64,000 bases of DNA from Candidatus Rifleibacteriota bacterium (GTDB lineage: Bacteria > Muiribacteriota > Ozemobacteria > Ozemobacterales > Ozemobacteraceae), in NCBI GenBank assembly GCA_015232575.1, contig JADFZL010000003.1, positions 1-64,000 of the forward strand, given 5' to 3'. A program made the position numbers and the translations under genes. The notes beneath the pieces were generated by a model. It saw only the letters and a program-made list of their open reading frames with translations. It was not told the origin of the DNA and did not search any database. Positions 36,714 to 46,142 of this stretch are shown here, in pieces (the first letter of the stretch is position 1; each line of letters opens with the position of its first letter).

Positions 36714-38880
36714 CTGGAACTCGGAATAAAGCTGACAAAGCAAGTTTCCGAGTTTTGTTTTTTTAGCGTGCAATGGTTTTGCAGTAAAAAAGGTGAAAAA
36801 TATGATGAGTGATTCATTCAATTGCTTTTCTGGAAAATCAAAAAAAAGAACTTCATTCAATGTGCCATATTACTTCATCAACTCCTGTGGTACTTGGCGG
36901 AGCTCTAGTTGTACCAATTGGATATCTTAACAGGCAAAAAATATTGCTGAAAGCTCTGATAAATACTGAAAGACTGTAGACCCTGCTGCAAGAAGTCATA
37001 TTGAACAGCTTGCCATGATTGCAGTAAGACAATCCGAAGAAAATCATGCCTGCAAAGTTGTTGATATAAGTGCATAAAAATGCGGATTATTACATCATAA
37101 CCGCCGGTTCTAGTCAAATTTAATAAGTATCTCTCAAAGTCTCTGGACGAAAAACTCTCAAAAAAAATTACTACCCATGTTCCTATTAGCTTTACTCCCT
37201 TTTATCAACCATACTTAGCCATTTTAGCCATTGAAAGCAATTCTGTTGAGACCTATCTTCAACGTTTGGATTCAACCAGATTCGGAATAGGCAAAGAAAT
37301 TCATTCTGTTCTTATCTTCCCGAAATACTTTATTGGTAAAGCTTTTGATTTGGGTTACAAATGGTATGCTGAAATATCAAAAGAACGAGAGGAGAAGCGA
37401 CTAGCTAACTTCGCTCCAATGAGAAATTTGGCTATTGAAAATAAGTACAAGTACTTTGATTGCTATTGCGGACAATTTACCTCAGGTTGTCTACTCATGC
37501 TCTCAAGCAGAATTGGAGAATAACGAGACTGGAAGAGAAATTATTCTCGATAATAGTGCGATTCAAGCTATCGAAATGAGATAGTATGATCAGACCTGGA
37601 GTCTGGTATCTTTTCCGGCAACTAACAACTTGTTGTCTTAGCTCTGATGACAATCTTCACAGCAGCAACAATGAGCCACCTGTTGGCTATGCTAAAACTT
37701 ATAAAATCACCCGAATAATTCCTCAGTGGTCTTTGCATCAAGAACTCTGTCACATAGACTATCAAAATCTTCATCGGTATACGATTCTATCTGGAAAAGA
37801 AACCTTTCTTTTGCTGTTTCACCAAACTTTTTATCAATTAGCCTTGAGAGAATTTTCCTTCTTTCTTCTGCCATTCCCTTAGCTATTCCTTCAGCAATGC
37901 CCTCAACTTTACCCTCGGCCTTCCATTGAACAGGCCATTGAGCAATTGTTTCTTCCAACATACGTTTTACCTCCTCCAGATCACTTATGTTTACCAAATC
38001 TTTGTTGGGAATACGGTCTTTAAATACCCTTCCGAACCAATGTGTAAATGCTCTTCTAAGAGAATCTTGTGATGGTGAAGAAAGCCATTTTGACAGATGA
38101 CTCACAATTTCAATCATCTCTGCAACTGTACGACTTTTTTCAAAGCGCACCAGTGCTGCAACAAAGTTCTTAAGATCAACTAACTCTGAATCAGCTATTG
38201 CGCCCTCATCAAGAAGCAGATACGACAACTTCGGACGGTATTTTTCCAAACCACGGGGTGTCTGACAAATCAGGTTAAATACATCAATTTCAGCATTCCA
38301 GCGCGTAGAACCGTTATAAATAACCACCGGAAGAACAGGTGGCAGTTTGTCGCCGTATTGAATCAGTTTCGCCTGAATTATGTCCTGATAAAGCAATGCA
38401 ACATAGCCCATTATTCTTACTGCCATGTAGCAGTCGATTGTCGATTGAAATTCAAGCAGCAGGTATATATACAACCAGTTCTCTTTCCAGCGAACGCGCC
38501 AGATTAAATCATCACGACGATCACGATAACAATCAGTAACGTGCTCCGCAGGGAAGGGTTCCAGGGTAGAAAAATCAAGCTGACTAACCCAGTCCTCGTG
38601 GACAAATCCACGAAGAAGGTCTTCAACCATCTCTTTGTGAGAGAAAAGCTTCTTATACGAATGGTCCTGATTGGTCATATTCTCATCTTAATCGAAATAA
38701 TTAGACAATGCAACATGATATTTTCTGAACCATTTTAGTGACAAAGATGAAATACTTGTCTCATATCACATTAGCACAGCAGAGGTCAGTAAAGTTTTTT
38801 ACTCCACACTGCATTCGAATAAAAGCAATCGGGTACTCTTTGATTATGTATGGTTTTGTTCTTGCCGAGTCCTCGGCACT
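36714..38880. mobile_element. about 2.2 kb insertion next to tRNA-Leu, bounded by an 11-bp direct repeat of the tRNA 3' end (TCCTCGGCACT at 36705-36715 and 38870-38880)
   Basis: Exact 11-nt repeat. It contains only an Rpn/YhgA-like nuclease gene plus about 1 kb lacking convincing ORFs (possible decayed remnant). Confidence 0.4.
37707..38678 (-). CDS. Rpn/YhgA-family recombination-promoting nuclease (PD-(D/E)XK, 'transposase_31')
   Basis: The N-terminus YKKLFSHKEMVEDLLRGFV...DFSTLEP and the conserved D...E.K core (LEFQSTIDCYMAVRIMGY) are typical of the Rpn family. Confidence 0.6.
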   Translation of the reverse strand: MTNQDHSYKKLFSHKEMVEDLLRGFVHEDWVSQLDFSTLEPFPAEHVTDCYRDRRDDLIWRVRWKENWLYIYLLLEFQSTIDCYMAVRIMGYVALLYQDIIQAKLIQYGDKLPPVLPVVIYNGSTRWNAEIDVFNLICQTPRGLEKYRPKLSYLLLDEGAIADSELVDLKNFVAALVRFEKSRTVAEMIEIVSHLSKWLSSPSQDSLRRAFTHWFGRVFKDRIPNKDLVNISDLEEVKRMLEETIAQWPVQWKAEGKVEGIAEGIAKGMAEERRKILSRLIDKKFGETAKERFLFQIESYTDEDFDSLCDRVLDAKTTEELFG

Positions 38881-39053
38881 TATATAATGAAAGCCCGCTA
38901 TATTAGCGGGCTTTCGTGCTATTCAGTAGCAGGTGGGGGCGGTTTGTGATACACTAATCCTCACTAATGCTGATTTTATACTGGCTGCAAATTCATTAAG
39001 ACGAGTCCCTCTTCAGCACTGGCCAATTTACATTAAGAAATCAATAGAATTTT

Positions 39054-39344
39054 TTGAGGTATGATATGGATTATCCTTTTGAGGTAAAGCCTCTTTCCAT
39101 GGATGATGGAGGTGGTTTTTTGATTACCTTCCCGGACTTCTCTGATTGTTTTTCAGATGGTGAAACTGTCGAGGAGGCAATCAAAAACGGTGAGGATGCT
39201 CTTCAAGCTACCATTAAAACTTTGAAAGAATTCAATTTTCCTATTCCTCAGCCCGGCTCTGGTGGATTTTCAGGAAAGTTCGTCCAACGAATACCACGAA
39301 CTCTTCATCAGAAACATGCAATTAAAGCAAAAGTGAGAGAGTGA
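39054..39344 (+). CDS. HicB-family antitoxin-like protein (orphan)
   Basis: FEVKPLSMDDGGGFLITFPDFSDCFSDGETVEEAIKNGEDALQ matches the HicB N-terminal domain. The C-terminal RIPRTLHQKHAIKA resembles the ribbon-helix-helix DNA-binding tail. The likely start is the ATG at 39066. No HicA gene was found on either side. Confidence 0.5.
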   Translation: MRYDMDYPFEVKPLSMDDGGGFLITFPDFSDCFSDGETVEEAIKNGEDALQATIKTLKEFNFPIPQPGSGGFSGKFVQRIPRTLHQKHAIKAKVRE

Positions 39345-39418
39345 GCTTGAATACTCTTGTTACAGCTCTTTTGGCAGAAAGCATTGGAAGGCTTGAGATT
39401 GGCAGCCGTAAGTAAGCC

Positions 39419-39643
39419 TTACAGCAATTTTTTGTATACTTCAGGGTCATCAATTGCTTCCTGATACCATTTCATATTTCTCATTGATGGTGAAACTAAA
39501 ACTGCCTCGTAATGCGTTGTTTTTCCATTGACTGTTTTTGCTGGAAGATTTTTGTAATGTTCTCTCTGATCACCTTCCACCATGCGCAATCTGGTTTTCT
39601 TTTTGTCTTCAGATACTGTATAGACTAACGTCTCAATTTTCAT
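39419..39643 (-). CDS. small hypothetical protein co-transcribed downstream of the anti-sigma factor
   Basis: 74-aa ORF that starts immediately after the anti-sigma stop. No motif recognised. Confidence 0.3.
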   Translation of the reverse strand: MKIETLVYTVSEDKKKTRLRMVEGDQREHYKNLPAKTVNGKTTHYEAVLVSPSMRNMKWYQEAIDDPEVYKKLL

Positions 39644-41013
39644 TTTGGTTTTCCTTGTGTTGTTTTGCCTGAAAGAGATTGAAAGAGTTTTTTCATGATA
39701 TCTGAATCGCTTTTTTCTGCTAAATCAAGAGCTGTTTCTTTAAAGCGGTTCTGTATTTTGCAGTCTGCGCCAGCTTTTAGCAGGATCTCAGCGATTTCAA
39801 TTTTTCTGTTTCTGACAGCGAAATGAAGTGCAGTATCGCCTTCTTCGTTGGCAACGTTAACGTCTGCACCTTGAGATATCAGGCGCATCAGCAGATCTTT
39901 CTGTCCTTTTTCAGCTGCCTGAATAAGCAATTGAAGTTTGAGTTTCGGCTGCTCGTCTGAAGCAGCGGTTCCTGTAATTGTTTCAGAAGCAGTTATGGTT
40001 TCAGCTATTGCACTGTTGGATGCAGTTGAAGTAGCGGAAGCATCTGATGCATCAGATGCCGGTTTTGAAGTAGAAGTATTATCAGTCTGTTTAGTCGAAG
40101 TATTCTGTACAACCATGGTTTCAGTAGAAGCAGTGTTGGAATTACTTTTTCTTTTCCCGGTTTGATCAATATGAGCATGTTCATTGAGAGAAAGGTTGAA
40201 CATGTTTCCAACTAATGGTTTTACATTTACTATGCCGGACTTAACTTCAATGGCTGTTTCTTTATCATCTGAAAAAGCAATTTTAAAAGATGAATTTGAT
40301 GCCACAATACTTGCATTAAGAGTTTTAACCTCAAAGTTCTCATTAAGCTTTTGAATAGAAACATCAATTTCACCTTTTTCGATCGAAACAAACCTTTCAG
40401 CAATTTCAAACCCGGTGTTGTTTACTTTGATATCAATTTTATTGTCTACCAAAATGTGTCCATAACCCTGGCATCTTAAGTGTGCGGGTTTACTGGAAAT
40501 ATTGTGCTCTTTCTGTTCAAGTTTTACTTTTTCAGAGAAAAATGTTCCAGCAATAATTGCATACTTTACAGGTTGCGGCTTTATTTCAATTGTAGAGCTT
40601 TCAATGGCTGGTGCACTTAAATATCTGAAACTAATAACAGCACCAGCAAGGAAGATCGAAATAGCAGTGAAAATGATGAGCGGTTGAATCCAGTTATTTC
40701 CTGTTGCAGGCTGTTGAATAATATCAGCAACCCTTTTGTCTGGCTGCAGGGGCGAAAGAGTCGTTTTAATTTCCTTAAAATAGCCGGTCAATTCAGAGTC
40801 AATTCTGGAAAGTCTTTTAAAGAATGCTGAACAGCTTTCACATCTTTGGATGTGTTCAAGATCTTCTGATGCAGGCGCAGGAGATCCGTTGTTATCTGTC
40901 ATTCTGGCAGCAATATCCTTGCGTTTTTCGCATTTCATCTTTCTTTCCTCGTTTTTTGTGAGCGTGTAAAAGGAATCAACTGTTAGAATCCGCGTCTTCA
41001 AGAAGCTCTGCAA
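39640..41013 (-). CDS. anti-sigma factor: N-terminal zinc-finger anti-sigma domain, TM helix, S/T-rich linker, C-terminal ankyrin repeats
   Basis: Cys/His cluster (HIQRCESCSAFF), TM helix (LIIFTAISIFLAGAVI), a T/S/A low-complexity stretch, then LMRLISQGADVNVANEEGDTALHFAVRNRKIEIAEILLKAGAD (ANK repeats). It overlaps the sigma gene by 38 nt. Confidence 0.55.
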   Translation of the reverse strand: MQSFLKTRILTVDSFYTLTKNEERKMKCEKRKDIAARMTDNNGSPAPASEDLEHIQRCESCSAFFKRLSRIDSELTGYFKEIKTTLSPLQPDKRVADIIQQPATGNNWIQPLIIFTAISIFLAGAVISFRYLSAPAIESSTIEIKPQPVKYAIIAGTFFSEKVKLEQKEHNISSKPAHLRCQGYGHILVDNKIDIKVNNTGFEIAERFVSIEKGEIDVSIQKLNENFEVKTLNASIVASNSSFKIAFSDDKETAIEVKSGIVNVKPLVGNMFNLSLNEHAHIDQTGKRKSNSNTASTETMVVQNTSTKQTDNTSTSKPASDASDASATSTASNSAIAETITASETITGTAASDEQPKLKLQLLIQAAEKGQKDLLMRLISQGADVNVANEEGDTALHFAVRNRKIEIAEILLKAGADCKIQNRFKETALDLAEKSDSDIMKKLFQSLSGKTTQGKPK

Positions 41014-41527
41014 TTCTTATGCGAGCCTGATGAAGGTCACTTCTTACTGTTCCATCCGGAAGATTCATTATCCTTCCTATTTCCTGTGAATTAAATTCCC
41101 AGAAGTAAAACATGAATACAATTTCCCTTTGTCGCTCAGGCAATTTTTCTAGTGCTTCACCAATAATAAGTTTTTTTAAACTTGCATTCTCATTACCTTC
41201 ATGAGAAATTTCATTGTTCAACGTCAGAGTCTGATTTTTTTTCGGATACTTTCTCAGATGATCAAGAACAACATTCCTCAGGATTGCCATCAACCAGTTC
41301 TTAAAGTTACTATCTGGTCTTAACCTCTGAACATTCTGAAATACCTTGATGAATGCTTCCTGTGTAAGATCTTCAGCTGAATGCGAATCAATGCCCCAAC
41401 TTGAACGAACATAATACCTGCATAAACCTGAATATCGATCCATCAGGAGTTTAAAGACATCTTTCTGTCCCGAAAGGAATTTATTGATTAATTCCATATC
41501 ATCGGATGCCATTAATAATAACTCCAT
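40976..41527 (-). CDS. ECF-type RNA polymerase sigma-70 factor
   Basis: Region 2 (LMDRYSGLCRYYVRSSWGIDSHSAEDLTQEAFIKVFQNV) and region 4 (LPERQREIVFMFYFWEFNSQEIGRIMNLPDGTVRSDLHQAR). Confidence 0.75.
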   Translation of the reverse strand: MELLLMASDDMELINKFLSGQKDVFKLLMDRYSGLCRYYVRSSWGIDSHSAEDLTQEAFIKVFQNVQRLRPDSNFKNWLMAILRNVVLDHLRKYPKKNQTLTLNNEISHEGNENASLKKLIIGEALEKLPERQREIVFMFYFWEFNSQEIGRIMNLPDGTVRSDLHQARIRIAELLEDADSNS

Positions 41528-41697
41528 TTTCTTTATTATTGTTGAAAAAAGTTGTATACTGGAAAGTTAATTTATTTTCTATCACGTAAGAGACTATTTT
41601 AGCAACGAAGAAAAAAAAATATTTTTTTTCAACAGTTTGTTTTTTTTCTTCGTTTTAAGATTTACAGTTTTCAAAAAATATTTTTTTTGGAGGAAGT

Positions 41698-42585
41698 ATG
41701 CGCAAGGTTTTAATGGGAATGGTTGGTTTCTTTTTTTGTGTATCGCTTTGTTGTTACGGAACTTCGTTGGCAAATTCTGATGAAACTCTTGGCCGCGAAT
41801 TGGAATTTTCCAAGGCAGCGGGAAGTTTCTGGGCATTGAATGATCTGTTGCTCAAATCAGAATGCGCTGATCAGAAGGTTTCTACTCAGAGCAAGTATGA
41901 AGCAGAGTTGAAAAATTACAATGATTCCATTGATAGACTCAGTAAAAAGCTTCTTGCGAGCTGGAATTCAAATGATGGATTCCTTGCCGATTTCAGCAAT
42001 TTCTACAAGTCTCTTCCGGTAGAAGCCAGAAAAGCTTTCTATCCTGCAATTGAACCTCTCAGAAATGAGATTATTCTCAATTCATTTGAGAATTCGGCTG
42101 AAATGAATCGCCTTCGCGAATATTTTCCCGGCTACGGATATTCTGAACCCGGTTATAAATATCGCAAGGGAAGAGAAATTGAACGTGAAGCAAAAGGTAC
42201 TACATGGCAGGATGAAGAACAGACTGTTTCTTCCAATATGAACATTAACCTTACTGTAACACTTGATGTTTTGAACATTCTCAATCATTGGCTTAAGCTT
42301 GGAAATATTGCAAATCTCGTTGTTCACAAACAGTTCCAGACCACCTATAACGGGGCTCCGATGTTTGTGTTTAACGTTTCCTTTTCTCTCATGAAAACAA
42401 TGGTAACAAAGAGAAAAAGAAAATATGAAGTTAATAAAATCTGGTTCGAACTTCATAAGTCAAAAACTGCATGGGGAACCGACGGTGAGTGGGAACTCTG
42501 TGGAAAAACTTATGAAATCATCCAGGATCCGACTGGTGACGAATTTGTAAGCCAGATCGAAACTAACACCACAACCCCCCAATAA
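41698..42585 (+). CDS. hypothetical secreted protein
   Basis: Signal peptide (MGMVGFFFCVSLCCYGTSLA). No known motifs. Confidence 0.4.
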   Translation: MRKVLMGMVGFFFCVSLCCYGTSLANSDETLGRELEFSKAAGSFWALNDLLLKSECADQKVSTQSKYEAELKNYNDSIDRLSKKLLASWNSNDGFLADFSNFYKSLPVEARKAFYPAIEPLRNEIILNSFENSAEMNRLREYFPGYGYSEPGYKYRKGREIEREAKGTTWQDEEQTVSSNMNINLTVTLDVLNILNHWLKLGNIANLVVHKQFQTTYNGAPMFVFNVSFSLMKTMVTKRKRKYEVNKIWFELHKSKTAWGTDGEWELCGKTYEIIQDPTGDEFVSQIETNTTTPQ

Positions 42586-42921
42586 TTTGTTGGAAAGACT
42601 TGCATGGACACGGTCATAAGGTCGTGTCCATGTAATCTGAATTCACCTCCTGTTGTGTAGTTGCACTTTTCCGACATGCAATTGCATTAACCTAATCAAT
42701 TCTTTTTTGTCGCGCACCTGCTGTTGAAAATTCTTTAAGCAATTTGAGATGCATCATCGCTGAATTTAATTCCTGGAATTATGATTTATTAAATTAAGCC
42801 GTTTTCTGGCGGTGTTCTACGATCACTTTTTGTGACACCATACATTCTTTTGCGGCAGCAAATAATTGATCCCTTTCAGTAAAGCTGGTTTCTCTGCCAA
42901 TTTTACGAGCTGTAAAGTTGG

Positions 42922-44334
42922 TTGTTTTACATAATGGAGGCGTTTGTGAAAAAAAATAGAATAAAAATTTTCATTTTTATTTCTCTGGTTATAATAATAT
43001 CAGCAATATCCTCGCAGTTGGATGCTTCACAAAAGCATTTGACGATGATGATTTATATGAATGCTGACAATAACCTTGACCCGTATGGTCAGGAAAACCT
43101 CAAGCAGATGGCCGAAGTTGGAAGCAATGAATATTTCAATGTTGTGGTTCTGTGCGACAGAAGAAATGCTCCAGCTTCACTTATATATGTTGAAAAGAAC
43201 AATCTTCGTGTTCTGAAGAACCTCGGAGAAATTGACATGGGCAGCTATCAGACCCTTGTCACTTTTGCACGAGAAACGATTGCAGCTTTCCCTGCAGAAA
43301 AATACGTACTTGAAATCTGGAATCACGGTTCCGGGTGGCGTAATTCTCCGGAAAACCCTTCTTACAGGGGAATTTCCTATGATGAAGCTTCCAACACCCA
43401 CATAAAGACTGAAGAGCTGGATACCGCTCTTGGCATGATTAATCAGTATCTTGGTAGAAAACTTGATGTTCTTATGTATGACGCGTGTCTTATGCAAATG
43501 GCAGAGGTTGCATGTATCATTAAAGGAAAAGCAGACCTGATCGTTGGTTCAGAAGATAACGTTCCAGGAAGAGGTTTTCCCTATAATAAGATTCTTGGAA
43601 ATTACATTCCTAATATGAGCATGTTGGAATTCAGTGCAATGGTTGCCCGAACTTACGTATTAAGCATTATGACCGGACCAGACCAGTACGCACCGGCAAC
43701 CCTTTCGGTTCTTGACGGAAACAAAATTGATGTTATACAGCAGGCTCTTGAATCATTCTGCAGTATTGTCATTAAGGGAAACTACGGAATGCAGGTCAGA
43801 GAAGCTCTCAGAAGAACTCAAAAGTTTACTGTTCCTGACCATCGTGATCTCAGGCACTTTCTCATCAATCTCAAGAAACAACCAATTGATATGAATCTTT
43901 TCCAGGCGATTGAGAAGCTTGAAAGTGCTTGTTCTCAGGTTATTCTTGTGAATGAATTTAATAATAATTTCATGGCTATGGCAGGTGGAATTGCTGTTTA
44001 CTTCCCTGATATTGCAACGGATTACAAAGTAAATTACGACAATGCCGCTTTTTCAAAAATTTCGAACTGGGATGACATGGTTCGTGATTCTTATCGAAAA
44101 GCTGGCGTAAGAGATATCGTAATTTCTGCATTGAATGGTGATATGGATTTACTGAAAAACTTCGTTGCTGATCAGAAATCAAAATCAGAAAAAAATGCCG
44201 CATTTGATTGTGAATTTTGCAATCTTCTTGCTGATCAGTTGAATTATGAAGCCTTCTGCGAAAATTCAGCTGCTAGTTCTGTTAAATTTGAAATTGCACG
44301 TTTTGCATGTGAATTGAAAGGAATGATCAGGTAA
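42922..44334 (+). CDS. clostripain-like cysteine peptidase (peptidase C11)
   Basis: MMIYMNADNNL, WNHGSGW (catalytic His) and LMYDACLM (catalytic Cys) are the C11 hallmark motifs. Signal/TM at the N-terminus. Confidence 0.65.
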   Translation: MFYIMEAFVKKNRIKIFIFISLVIIISAISSQLDASQKHLTMMIYMNADNNLDPYGQENLKQMAEVGSNEYFNVVVLCDRRNAPASLIYVEKNNLRVLKNLGEIDMGSYQTLVTFARETIAAFPAEKYVLEIWNHGSGWRNSPENPSYRGISYDEASNTHIKTEELDTALGMINQYLGRKLDVLMYDACLMQMAEVACIIKGKADLIVGSEDNVPGRGFPYNKILGNYIPNMSMLEFSAMVARTYVLSIMTGPDQYAPATLSVLDGNKIDVIQQALESFCSIVIKGNYGMQVREALRRTQKFTVPDHRDLRHFLINLKKQPIDMNLFQAIEKLESACSQVILVNEFNNNFMAMAGGIAVYFPDIATDYKVNYDNAAFSKISNWDDMVRDSYRKAGVRDIVISALNGDMDLLKNFVADQKSKSEKNAAFDCEFCNLLADQLNYEAFCENSAASSVKFEIARFACELKGMIR

Positions 44335-44338
44335 AAAA

Positions 44339-45955
44339 ATGAGAATAAAATTATTTGTACTTTCAGTATTATTTGTATTGTCAGTTTCTATTTCAGCTTT
44401 TGGTGTTGGAAATTCCGATAGAAAAATTGATCCGGATACCAGAATAATAGATGCATTTCTCTCTAGCTACAGAAGCACCGGAAATATTGAGTCCATTTCA
44501 CTTCAGGATTACGGGAAAAGATTTTCCAGCATTCGCGGAGAATTGAGCGAGTCTATTTCAATTGACCCTGAAAAGGCAGCATTGAATTATGTTTATCAGA
44601 TGCCAGAAGTTTTTAATCTTCCAGTAAGTTGCAGAAACTGGGAAATTAAAACTGAAAAGATTAACGACGGAAAAGCCAACCATGTTGTACTATCAATGTC
44701 ACTTAATGGTGTCAAGACTTTTCAAAATACAGTTGAATTTCACTTCTGTTCAGACAATGTAATCAGATTAATTAACGGATCTTTTTCCCCATTGGATGAA
44801 GTAATATCAGAAACAACAATCACACCAGAAAAAGCTGTTGAACTCGCTGCTTCATACATCGGAATTTCCGATTTGAAAACATTGCGTATTCCAGCCGCCT
44901 GTGAAAATGTATATTTTGTAAATGATAAAAAAGCATGCAGTTCATGGTTTGTTAAACTTGCCTCACGTGAACCGCTCGGAGATTTTGAAGTTGTTGTTAA
45001 TGCTCAGAATGGCGAAAAACTCTTCCTGGTTAATCAGATGAATTTTGCAGGAATAACCGGAAAAGGTTCAGTGTATGTAACTAATCCGAAACATTGCCAG
45101 CCGACGACTGAAGATCTTCCATATTTAACCGGAAATACTCTTACAGGTCCTTACTGTCAGATTATAAATGGACGCGGAAGTGTTTCTACCAGCAGCAATG
45201 GTGAATATATATTTGATATCACAAACACTCATTTTGATGAAGCCAATGCATATTATCACATAAACAAAATTCACGATTTCTTTAAAGTAATGGGTTTCAA
45301 TAATAATGACAGATCTTTGAAAACAGTTGTACATTTTTCTGAAAATCCTGATAGAGCATACTACAGCCCGCAGGAAGATAAAGTAGTTTTCGGTGATGGC
45401 GTTAAATATGCTGATTTTGCAATGGAAGAAGCTATTATTTATCACGAATATGCTCATGGTACTTTGAGAAAAATTCTCAACATCAATCATTCAGGAGAAT
45501 CAGGTGCTATTAATGAAGGCCAGGCTGATTATTTCGCATGCACCATCAGCAATGATCCAATCGTCGGTGAATGGGGAAATTCAAAGGCAGGCAGCTATTT
45601 CAGAAAAATAGAGAACGTTCTTCATTACCCTGAAGCTCTTGTTTATGAAGTTCATGCAGATGGAAGAATCTGGGGCGGATGTCTCTGGGATCTCAGAAAA
45701 GTCCTTGGTGCTGAAGTAGCTGATGTTCTGATTCATAAGAGCATTTTCTTCATCAAAATTGATTATGCTACTTTCTTTGACGCATATAATGCAATTCTGG
45801 CAGCAGATAAAGCCCATTTCGGCGGACAATATGAATCGCAGATTATTTCAGTATTTCAGAAGCGCGGAATCACAAAACCCCGTTCGGATTGTGTCGCATA
45901 TAATTCCGAAGAACTTGCTTCAATGAAGAAATTTGCTGTTGTTCATGGTGATTAA
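44339..45955 (+). CDS. secreted zinc metalloprotease (HEXXH; thermolysin/M4-like or related zincin)
   Basis: Signal peptide. AIIYHEYAHG (HExxH) with a downstream GAINEGQADYFA (Glu/Asp third ligand region), as in thermolysin-like enzymes. Confidence 0.55.
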   Translation: MRIKLFVLSVLFVLSVSISAFGVGNSDRKIDPDTRIIDAFLSSYRSTGNIESISLQDYGKRFSSIRGELSESISIDPEKAALNYVYQMPEVFNLPVSCRNWEIKTEKINDGKANHVVLSMSLNGVKTFQNTVEFHFCSDNVIRLINGSFSPLDEVISETTITPEKAVELAASYIGISDLKTLRIPAACENVYFVNDKKACSSWFVKLASREPLGDFEVVVNAQNGEKLFLVNQMNFAGITGKGSVYVTNPKHCQPTTEDLPYLTGNTLTGPYCQIINGRGSVSTSSNGEYIFDITNTHFDEANAYYHINKIHDFFKVMGFNNNDRSLKTVVHFSENPDRAYYSPQEDKVVFGDGVKYADFAMEEAIIYHEYAHGTLRKILNINHSGESGAINEGQADYFACTISNDPIVGEWGNSKAGSYFRKIENVLHYPEALVYEVHADGRIWGGCLWDLRKVLGAEVADVLIHKSIFFIKIDYATFFDAYNAILAADKAHFGGQYESQIISVFQKRGITKPRSDCVAYNSEELASMKKFAVVHGD

Positions 45956-46142
45956 TATGAGCTGAATTTTGCATGTAATCTCATTTTTGGAAAGCAAATT
46001 GAGATTACATGCAAATGAAGTGCAAGCTGGGTGTTTATTAAAGTTATACGTAATTTGTTCAATCGACGTATTAATTGGGACCATTGTTAAATCAGAGAAC
46101 TTTTATCAAGTATAATGCTGTAAAACGTCCTGGAGGAAATTA

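Noticed and set aside
36853-37882. Short ORFs 36853..37047 (-), 36905..37117 (-), 37266..37523 (+), 37586..37882 (+) in the tRNA-Leu insertion
   Set aside because: They have no recognisable motifs, no convincing RBS, and mutual overlaps. They are treated as non-coding or decayed sequence rather than genes.
38887-38950. 20-codon ORF (MKARYISGLSCYSVAGGGGL) upstream of hicB as a candidate HicA
   Set aside because: It is too short and lacks any HicA-like dsRBD sequence. It overlaps a GAAAGCCCGCtatattaGCGGGCTTTC hairpin that is more likely a terminator.
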